Assembly: GCA_035084275.1 (NCBI GenBank)
Contig: CM068750.1
Location: forward strand, 5,766,001-5,830,000
Length of the DNA stretch: 64,000 nt
Direction of reading: 5' to 3'
Origin: Hydrolagus colliei
Taxonomy: Eukaryota
Made by a program: the position numbers and the translations under genes. Position 1 is the stretch's first letter; every line of letters starts with the position of its first letter. Positions 54,792 to 64,000 of this stretch are shown here, one piece after another. The notes beneath the pieces are model-generated. The model was not told the origin of the DNA. It saw nothing but the letters and a program-made list of their open reading frames with translations, and did no database searches.

Positions 54792-54989
54792 CAGTAAAAG
54801 CCTGTTTATCTGGCACCTTCGGGGTCTGGCCAATGCAGGTTAAAGTGCGTGCCGGATATTCGCCCCAAAACACCCAAAAAAAGCATTTTCCCAGATAATT
54901 CCGGTTAATCGAATGCAGACCTTTTTTTTCCGATGCCGGTTATACGGAAGTTAAGATTGATCGGGTGCCGGATAAATGGGCTTTTACTG
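54792..54989. mobile_element. Tc1/mariner (Tigger/pogo-like) MITE
   Basis: TIRs CAGTAAAAGCCTGTTTATCTGGCACC / GGTGCCGGATAAATGGGCTTTTACTG flanked by TA on both sides. Confidence 0.85.
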
Positions 54990-55304
54990 TATTTATTTAG
55001 GGACTCTGCCGTATCTTTATCCTCCATTATAATTCCTCCTGTCTCTGCCTGTAATGGACCCACATTTACTTTTGCTAGCCTAGCAAACTGTCATTGCCTT
55101 GACAAGCAATGACAGTTTGCCTTGACAAAGGCGAATGTCATTTCCTTGTTGGCCACATGATTGAACTGAAAGCTGTGAGTGGAACATCAGGTGAGTGTAA
55201 CAGTGGAAATATCACGGTGCCAATTGGTCGGTCGGTCGGCTCCACCCGCCTGGTCATCTGGATCAGACGGCCCGACCCGGCGGCCAGCTGGGTGGAGTCA
55301 GTCA

Positions 55305-55447
55305 GTGGATATTTGGCCGAAAATGCAAAAAAACGTTAATGCATTTTTCCAGATAAATTCTGGTTAATTGGATGCGGACTTTTTTTTGTGATGCCAGTTA
55401 TATGGCAGTTACGGTTGATCGGATGCCGGATAAACAAGCTTTTACTG
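55305..55447. mobile_element. Second, one-ended copy of the same MITE
   Basis: Body and right TIR (GCCGGATAAACAAGCTTTTACTG-TA) match the 54792 copy. Confidence 0.75.
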
Positions 55448-56179
55448 TACATGCAAGCTTTTGCCCTGGTTCAAAGTTACTGACCACACACAGTTAATAC
55501 ACCCACACAAGTTTCTCTTCATTTAATGTTGTGATTATCTTCACTGAAGCTTCTGTTGTTGCACCCAAATACTGTATGTTGATACAGTTGATCATCAAGT
55601 GTTAAATACTGTATAGTGCCTTAACACATTTTCGAGATGTCTCAAAGCGCTTCATTAATAGACTGTACCGAATTGACTGTATATTTTGTGGGCGCAACAC
55701 GGCATCCAATTGGACACATACTAAGAAATACTATCTATATATTGTACTACCTTAAAGGCATTTCAGCAACTCTTACCATTATGCTGAGTATTTTTGACAG
55801 CTCTACACTATTGGTGCCAAACATTTTATTTGTTCCTATGGAACTATGTTTAGTGCTAACTCAACAGGACAGATTTTCAGGCAAAACTATAATCTTCCTG
55901 ACTTGCGCCAGATGGAGGTGCATTTGATGGTAATGGAGAATAATAGGTGTTGTTTTAGCATAAATCAGTACATGACATAAGTTATAGTGCAGTATGGACA
56001 TGCTGTTCTATTGCCCGAAATGAAAAATTACTGAACATTTCTACTGCTGTAATTTGAAGTGAAATTTTGTGGAAATTGTGTTACCTTTGCTGTTGTGAAT
56101 TGGGAATGTCAGTATCCATAAAATGAATTAAGCAAATACATACAAGGTGGTATGGCACAAACGATGGAATGTGATATAA

Positions 56180-56380
56180 CAATAATAATCCTTGCATTTG
56201 ATTTAGTGCTTTTCATGTCTTCTAGACATCTCAAAGCACTTCACAGGATATACTGTAAAGTAAATTGACTGTATATTTGTGGGCAAAACCTGGCAACCAA
56301 TTGCACACGGCAGTGTCCACAAACAGTCGTGGATTGAAATGACCAATTCATTATTGCTTTTTTACTTGAGGGATTATTAT
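56180..56380 (-). mobile_element. Same SINE family, 5'-truncated
   Basis: Tail and body only. Confidence 0.85.
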
Positions 56381-56654
56381 CACTAGTCTAAAGTTGGAAC
56401 AGACCCTGGAATGAAGACAATGACGAGAAGGTACCATTTGAAGAAGAAGAATCTACTACTGCAACTATTTATTCCGTTTTCCAGATTAGTAACTATGTAT
56501 TTTTGTACAAATTAATTCTGCCATAAGATTTCTGCAATACACACAAACACCTCTGTTATCTTAATTATCCTAGGAGTGGGAGGGAAAGGTTAACCACTAA
56601 ATTCAAATGGAAATTCAGGATATTTGTCACTTGTTGCTCTGTCATGTAGCCTCA

Positions 56655-56932
56655 GTCCTATAGCTCAGTGGTTACAAGCGTGAGAGACCTGTGTTCAATT
56701 CCAGGCAGGGCGAAACCTTGGGCAAGTTTCCTTACACACAAGCCTAATAATAATCCATCAAAAAAACAATGATAAATTGGTTATTTCAATCCATGAATGT
56801 TTGTGGGACACTGCTGTGCACAATTGGCATCCGTCCATAAATATACGATCAAATCACTTTACAGTATATTCTGTGAAGCTATTTGAGACTCCAGAAGACA
56901 TGAAAAACTCTATATCAAATACAAGGATTATT
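56655..56932 (+). mobile_element. Same SINE family, plus orientation
   Basis: AGTCCTATAGCTCAGTGG...TTCAATTCCAGG...CAAGGATTATTA. Confidence 0.85.
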
Positions 56933-57015
56933 ACAATTTTTATTATTATAAATTCATTGACCATTAATTATGCATATTTACGTGCTCTCCCTTAACATCA
57001 TAATGATGTACTCAC

Positions 57016-57105
57016 ACAGTCTGATTAGCTCCTCTTTATTCTGAGCTGCCACCTTCTGAATCTAGATGCACAAAACCTGTGACCATCTGGTGCGTCCGAT
57101 TGGAT
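57016..57105 (-). pseudogene. AHCTF1: ELYS-like exon with in-frame TAG (PIGRTRWSQVLCI*IQKVAAQNKEELIRL)
   Basis: 90 nt; phase 1 to 1; TAG/GTGAGT; resembles [20 protein letters not shown]; stop at 57062-57064. Confidence 0.68.
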
Positions 57106-57623
57106 CTAAGCGCACAAATAAAAATCACAGATATCAAAACCATGTCCAGAGGCGGAATGTCGTAAAGACTTAAAAAAATATGCTGAGTGATCAGACACTG
57201 CTCATTTCAGTGGCTACAGGTTCAAGCTCCTGTGTGTCTGTCTGTCACTCTAAACTAATGGCCGCTGTGGAAATGGATTTTATTTGAACCACTGGATAGT
57301 TTTGAGTTATGGTGCAATTGTTTAAATCAGAAACCTGTGAAAGACATTGATCTGTGTGTGCCAGACAGACTGACCACACGTCAGACAGAATCATCCACCT
57401 TGAAAACAGGGAACACTGTTAAAGTATTGCTCACCTTTACAGGTAGAGCATCTCCTGTTTGTTGGTCAAAGTGATGTTAAGCATAATAGCATATTATGCT
57501 ATAATAGTAGCCTATTGGCTGGACCTCCCCCTCAGCGCAGAGCAGAGAAGAAGCCATGGGGAAGCTGACAAAAGGAAGAAGTGTGGCCATTATAATAAAA
57601 TAAATTATACGTCAATTCCTTAC

Positions 57624-57714
57624 CTTCTTCTGTAAATTTTTTAATCCAATCAATTATCACGTCGATGTTGTCATTCCTCAAAAAGCGTGTCAAAATATCT
57701 TCCACTGCTTCCTC
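57624..57714 (-). pseudogene. AHCTF1: ELYS-like exon (EEAVEDILTRFLRNDNIDVIIDWIKKFTEE)
   Basis: 91 nt; CAG/GTAAGG; matches length and pattern of EEQLEAILSAAIQ...YIRRWITEE. Confidence 0.72.
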
Positions 57715-57983
57715 CTGAAAGAACAACGGCAAAACAATCAACGCTGAGGTGTGAATATGAGGTGTGAATATATTCCTACAGAGTGAAGATCAGGGCACTT
57801 TCCTAAATTTTTCACTTGGTCTTCGTTTTGCCTGCCTCACCTCGCAAACATTTTCTTAATAAAAAAGGGTTTCACTGAAAATTCTAAAGTCACAAATACC
57901 AGACACAATTCCGCTCCTGGGAGGCCACTGGTCCTGAGCAGTTTGTATTGGTTTTAAGCTTCCTGGCTCATGGCAGTGGAGTG

Positions 57984-58311
57984 ATAATAATAATAATAAT
58001 AATTCTTGCAATTGATGTAGTGCTATTCACATCTTCTAGATGTCTCAAAGCGCTTCACAGTATATACTGTAAAGTGAATTGACGGTACTGTATGTATGTG
58101 GGCAAAATACGGCAGCCAATTGCGCACAGCAGTGTCCCACAAAGGGTCATGGATTGAAATGATCAATTTATTATTGGGGTTTTTGGGTCGGGGGGATTAT
58201 TATTAGACGTGTGGAGCAAGGAAACTTGCCCAAGGTTTCGCCATGCCTAGAATTTAACCCAGGTCTCTCACGTGTAAGGCAAGTGCTCTAACCACTGAGC
58301 TACAGGACTCC
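57984..58311 (-). mobile_element. Same SINE family, full length
   Basis: Colinear with other copies. Confidence 0.9.
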
Positions 58312-61300
58312 ACATGATGTGGAAAGTTTGTAAAGTTTCTGCAAATCAAGCTTGAAAAATAACAATCCAACTATCATGAGCTCAAAGTTCTGCCATGTAC
58401 ATGAACATAACAAAAATACTATTGCCAGCACATGTGGATCCCCAGAGTGAGAAACTATAATGAATGAAGAAACAAAACAGTCGAAAAAGGCCAACTCTTT
58501 CCCCTGATGAAGTCTAACTTAATCGCTTTCCAGTGACAAACACTGTCACTTTCATCATGGAAATCATCTGATTTGTCTACAAATAGACCAGATATACAAC
58601 TCTTTATCTGACAGTTAAGAAATTAATTCAATTTACTCTCCCTTCCCCCCACTCCCCGCCCGCCCCCACCCCAAACTCCAGGTTGTCAGAACAAAAATAA
58701 CTGATGCCTTTCTCTGAATAATCATTAATTCAATGCAAAGAATTTTTCAAACAATGCTTCAAATTGCACACTTGGGTGTGTTTTGCAACCAGAATTACTT
58801 TACATTTCAATAGCCAGCGCCGCTGTAGCATGGCATTATCAGGCCTGAGCCTCAAACAGATCTATTCATGTGGAGCACATCCAGACCTGGACGAGAATCT
58901 CTTCCACGGTATGTGACAGATTCCAGAAATACTCTACAGATGGAAGAGATGAAACAGCTCGAGGCTGTCATGTTACTCACATCTACTCGAGGCCGGGGCT
59001 GATGTTTTGGCAGGCTTCCAGGGTGCTGAAGAGCATCAGACAATCTGCCCCAATGTACCCATCAATCCCCACTTAGAAGTGACCTGTTAGAGCAAAGATA
59101 AAATTTATTTCAACTCGATACAAATTAGAGTAAACAAAACAATGTGTTAGAGGCATAAGGTAAAAGTTTACCCGCTTGCTAATTCCGACGAATGTGCTGT
59201 GGTGTATTCCATTTTCAAGTAACATCCAGACATCTTTAAAAGCAGACAAAAATAAAGGCAAATTAATGTATGATACCTGCTCCACACGTAAACACTGTTA
59301 TTTTATTGAAGGTACAGTTTTTCAAACCACAAATAACAGAGTAATTTGTTTTTATAGCACATTACCTTATGAAAACACAGTGATAGCTTTGCTGTGTACA
59401 TCTGTTACTACAATGAAATGCTCTATGCAGGTTAAAAAAAAATACATACCGAGCATATAATGGCCCAGTGAATGGTCTGGTTGTGTTGAAGGGTCTGCTT
59501 GATGCTTTGTTCAGAAAAGGCTTTTATGAATCACAACATCAAGTATGTTCACATCACAAGCCTCATTCCTTTCAAAGTACAGTGCCCAAATACCAAAATA
59601 TGAACAGTCTTCCAACTTCTCATTTGATCTAGAAGACATAAGCAATACAGGCAAGCTATTCACATCTGACTAAAAGATTGCACATGTTTGAAAATTAAAA
59701 TACTCAGCCGCACTAAGGTTCTGTGATAATGTATGCTCATATTTATTTCATTTATGAAGTACAGGTACAGTACTTTGTTTTCTGTAAATATCAATAAGGT
59801 CCATGAGGCAGGCATGATTTAGTATTTACGTGCTAAATAAACACTGATGCAGTCAACTCAAGTAAATCTCCTCAACAAAGGTACACAATTTCAAAATGCT
59901 AAAGTAATTGCTAATGTGGAGAATTCCATGTCGACATATACAACATTCCCTAATCTATGCACTAGTGGGTGGGCCAATAACAGCCTGTAAAAGATTATAA
60001 TTTACATAAATTGAGCATCTGAAGTTTGATTTTAGGCGTGTGGAGTAAGGAAACTTGCCCAAGGTTCCGCCCTGACCTGCCTGGATTCGAACACAGGTCT
60101 CACACTTGTAAGGCGAGTTCTCTAATCACTGAGCTACAGGACTCCACAAAAGATGAGATGTCTGTGAATCCCCTAACCTATGCATAAACTCACTGGCAAA
60201 ACAGGGACAGTTTAGCAGATTCCTGATGGGCACATTAAACTGCACGTCCACTTATCACCTTTTCTCAAGGGTTCAGTAAACGCCTGGAATACAGAATTTA
60301 CCTTAATGAACTAGGTCTGTCTTCTCATAGCCACTGGTCAATGTGAAATAAGGCCAAGTAGGTAAATGATTCCACATCTTTAACTTCCCAAGTAAATACA
60401 GCCAGGCTATTCGGGGCTGAGCATCTGGCTAAAATGAAAGAGAGAGACAGGCTAAATCAATGTATTTTTCAATATACATGAATTCATCCAGTGATATGTT
60501 ATACACAAGCTGGGATATCCCTGCATAATATACAGTTGAATCATTCTCAACGTCACTGTCCCATCAAGTCATGCGGTGCAATATAATTACGCGTATGTTT
60601 ATATTTATTTTCAATTGCAAGAGCCTGCTGCCTGTCACTGTCTGTCATCACAAGCTCACCAACACAAACAAAACTGGTAAAAACAGCAAACAGAAAGAGG
60701 TGGCGTTCCTTAAAATGGGATTAATGCCATATTATGATAAAGAATAAACACGCTATGTTTCAAGCCAGCTATATATCTTAGGATTTAAATAGTATTGAAC
60801 TATCCAAACTGTGCTCTTATCTCTTGTATAATCTCTTCAGACCTTCAATGCGCGAGGGTCCTCTGCTGGTTACTGTATCTGAATAACTCATGTCTGGCAA
60901 TTAGTTATTTAGCCTGTAATTTAGTCTCATTCATTGGCTGGTAGAGCAAACTTGTCAGAAAGCCCAAACAAATTTGAGACTGCAAAGTGCTGTCCCACAT
61001 TTTCAGCACAAGATTATAGATTGAATTTTTTTTGTTTGTTTCATTCTTCCACGAAACACACTCTCCACTATGTATAGCAAGTGGTAAATGAACATCTATC
61101 TCCTGTACAATTCACCATTCTGTATTTCTCCTCCACTTATGCTTTTATACCCCACACGGACTGCTTTTGCTTTGGCAAGTAGATTCTTTTACACATCTAC
61201 AACAAGAACAACAAAATTACATTTATAGTTACCAACAAACACAAGCTTCCTTATCTTCTCTTCCCCCACCTGTGTGCCTACTCACCCACACTAGGCCACG

Positions 61301-62158
61301 TCCTGCGTGTCTGTAGGAAGGAACTGTGCCCTGTTCTCATTCTGCAAGGAAATCCCATCATTTTCAACTGATGATTGATAGTGAGTGACCAAGACAGAAT
61401 ATTATAATCTATGATCTGCCTTTCTACACCCTGGGTAATTATCCTACACTCTCCTCTGTACACCCTGGGTAATTATGAGAGTACTCCCATTGGCTGCCAT
61501 GTTTCGCCCACAAATATACAATCAATTGATTTTACAGTATATTCCGTGAAGTGGTTTTAGACGTCTAGAAGACCTGAAAAGCGCGATATCAAAGGTAAGG
61601 ATTATTATTAAGATTCAAACCATATATACACCAGTGACAGTGCACAAAAGACAACAATGGCAGTGGAGATGAAAAATAAATAGAGAAATCATAAAGAAAT
61701 GATTAGGTAATGTGGGGCAAACAGAATGCTGTCGGGAGCAAATTCTGAAGAATATCTTCACCGCAAGACAGACCTGTCACTTACAACTGCATCAATTATG
61801 AGTTACCAGCTCAGTCCACTTGTTAAATAGTCTTCCTGTTACGACTACACCTTCAGCACAGCGTGAGCTGGATGCTGAACTGCGTAAACAGAAACCATCC
61901 TTTAAATCCCATTTTAATGAAAATGTAACATAAGAGCTCTAAGCAAAATGTTGTGATATGATATGAATTATCACTAATTGGGCAGGATGAATTATCCGAT
62001 CCCCTGGCTGAACAGGGTCAGTAATCAGATCACACAGACCTCCAAGTGTGCTTCCCAACCAATTCTTTTTATTTGTTTGCGTCAGTGTTTGTTTATTTAT
62101 TTTTTAATTGAGTTTTGTTTCAACCGTGTTGCCAATGGTACGTGCTCTGGCAGCTTAC

Positions 62159-62273
62159 TTTGACAGTTCTCTATGATGCGACAGTTCAGTAGGCGGCAGC
62201 TGGAGGCTGAGGCGTTGTGTACAACTCCATCGCATAACTGTTGCGTGTAACATATGTGACAGCGAAGAAAACC
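62159..62273 (-). pseudogene. ELYS-like exon candidate
   Basis: Strong polypyrimidine acceptor and GTAAGC donor; reading frame ambiguous. Confidence 0.4.
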
Positions 62274-62560
62274 CTGGAAACAGGAAAAACATCCAAGTAG
62301 GCAACACCCGATTAAAAACTGAATGCTGAGACTGAAAAAGAGATTAAATACAGCGGCAAGAATGGGTGATTGCTGCCACCTATTGATGACGTGGATTCAT
62401 TGCATGGCCATGGCTATAGGAATGCACTTGTTCTCTGCACCAAACTAAGATAACTATTTGAACAAAGGGCTTAGTGTAGGTTGATCACACAGACTCGGGA
62501 TTATTTCTGTGGGTGGTACTGCCTTTTGCCTGACAATCTCAGTATAAGCTCCATACATAC

Positions 62561-62714
62561 CCGGGCAGCAGTGAAATATAATCTGCCTCTAAACTGTCAA
62601 TGTTGCCTTTCTGAATGTCAATCACTTCTTTAATGTGATAGAGACTCTCCTCTCCTCCACCCCTTCCCATTATTACCTGTCTTTGTTGTTTAAATAAAAT
62701 ATTGTCATTTAATC
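62561..62714 (-). pseudogene. ELYS-like exon candidate (…QVIMGRGGGEESLYHIKEVIDI…LLP)
   Basis: Donor GTATGT; weak resemblance to QVNIYGQGKPSVYLGLFDI; acceptor uncertain (62714 or 62676). Confidence 0.45.
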
Positions 62715-62965
62715 CTTTTTTAACAAATGATAACAAGGTTTATCCTGTGAAGCACTTTGAAGCAAGATAAGGCACTATATCAAATGCGAGGATTATTATT
62801 GTCTATAATGGGCAAGCATGTAATAACATTTTATGATTCATTCAGGAGGACAACTTCCAGAACTGACTTGAGGCTTCTGCAGGAAATCTGAAGATATAAT
62901 GGACATTTTTCATTTCTATTTATTCTTTACTCGTCAAAATAATGAACCGCAGCTTCTTCAGAATG

Positions 62966-63309
62966 AATAATAATCCTTGCGTTTGGTATAGCGCCTTTCA
63001 CATCTTCTAGACATCTCAAAGCGCTTCACAGAATATACCATATAGTGAATCAGCTGTATATTTGTGGGAGAAATGCGGCAGCCAATTGCGCACAGCAGCG
63101 TCCCACAAACAGTCGCGGATTGAAATTACCAATTTATTATTGGGGGGGTTTTCTTGAAGGATTATTATCAGGCATGTAGAGTAACAAAACTTGCTCAAGA
63201 TCTATCTTAGATCTTGCTCAAGATCTATCTTAAAATAACCCTGCCCGGAATTGAACCCAGGTCTCTCACTTGCAAGGCAAATGCTCTAACCACTGAGCTA
63301 CAGGACTCC
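62966..63309 (-). mobile_element. Same SINE family, with an internal tandem duplication (CTTGCTCAAGATCTATCTTA x2)
   Basis: Colinear. Further fragments near 17015, 18610, 28680, 31127, 37292, 53325, 55600, 60030, 61490 and 62745. Confidence 0.88.
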
Positions 63310-63667
63310 ACGTGTAGTGATCAATATCACATTAGATTGCTGCGGTATTCACTGCATAAAGTGGTCAATTTATTTACGGGGGATTTCAGTGCAAAATGTG
63401 GCGCCTTTTCATCTCTTGAACGGAGACCTCATCCTCATCACAATGAAAGACATTTCTGGTCATTTCACGGTTGCGTTCTTGAACGATAAATGGAAAGCGA
63501 CAATAACAGGAAGCCACTGTGCAAATAGATAGCCTTGTAAACGATCTGGCTCTGTTGCCTTAATGGTGCTTTGTAAAGTGGTCATGATATTGTTCCTTGT
63601 AATAATTTTAGGCAGAAATCTTTGGGATACAGTACTTCTAAACAGAAGATAAGCAGTTGAAACTTAC

Positions 63668-63746
63668 TTGATAAATGACTTCAGCATTGTTGTCTTGCTG
63701 TTGAAATCCAAACTGAAGGAGATTTAACTCAATAGATGCTCCTTCA
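63668..63746 (-). pseudogene. AHCTF1: ELYS-like exon (EGASIELNLLQFGFQQQDNNAEVIYQ), beta-propeller region
   Basis: CAG/GTAAGT; resembles ELYS EGDVLSLHLLQLAFG...QILYE. Confidence 0.7.
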
Positions 63747-64000
63747 CTGCAAAACATAAAAGATTTATTGCTAAACATGAAACTTCAAACCATGTGTTGA
63801 TCCAATGCCGAGTGAAAACTTTGCAACTCATGCATTTAAAATACACAAGAAATAATCAGCAGTTGGCCAAGAAATCAAAAGAAGCTTGCATGAGTTACTT
63901 GCTAACTTTCTCCAATAAATAATTGAAGCTTGTTGCATTGACGAATCTCAAAAGATCAAACAGGGAATAGGGCTGAGCTGTCCAGAGATAGCACTCAGGC

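Larger units (their letters stand above)
40520..63746 (-). pseudogene. AHCTF1: Divergent, disabled AHCTF1/ELYS-like multi-exon gene; 5' end beyond right edge, 3' end uncertain
   Basis: Colinear series of GT-AG exons resembling human ELYS as recalled (LMIDAMV..LW...YPPPSLK vs LMIDGLV..LW...YPPASLH; LHIAVLLHNR-CITEAW vs LHLTVLLFNR-CMVEAW). Stops at 57062, 40857, 40758 and 40680; frameshifts near 52400 and 46490. Confidence 0.78.

Noticed and set aside
61286-61341. Candidate exon MRTGHSSFLQTRRTWPSV
   Set aside because: Good splice signals but no recognisable ELYS similarity
61425-61476. 18-bp direct repeat TACACCCTGGGTAATTAT
   Set aside because: Only two copies; ordinary local duplication
3515-63309. 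Recurrent repeats as a possible CRISPR array or prokaryotic system
   Set aside because: Dispersed 300-bp SINEs in intron-containing eukaryotic DNA; no repeat-spacer periodicity and no cas genes

Overview
AT-rich vertebrate genomic DNA, not a prokaryotic window. The repeat landscape (tRNA-head/L2-tail SINE, CR1, L2, Penelope-type terminal repeats) suggests a cartilaginous fish; that is inference. Two spliced minus-strand genes dominate. (1) 406-18208: the first 16 coding exons of an apparently intact kinesin-3 KIF28-like gene (motor, coiled coil, FHA), with all splice phases consistent; it runs off the left edge. (2) About 40.5 kb to the right edge: a highly divergent AHCTF1/ELYS-like gene. 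It keeps GT-AG exon boundaries and ELYS motifs but carries in-frame stops, frameshifts and a missing exon block, so it is probably a decayed second ELYS paralog sitting in the AHCTF1-KIF28 syntenic arrangement. ELYS similarity was judged from my recollection of the human protein and needs BLAST confirmation. Also present: three Penelope-type insertions with target-site duplications and a minimal hammerhead-ribozyme core, about 20 SINE copies or fragments, a Tigger/pogo-like MITE and several perfect palindromes. Most entries in the ORF track are spurious or repeat-derived.
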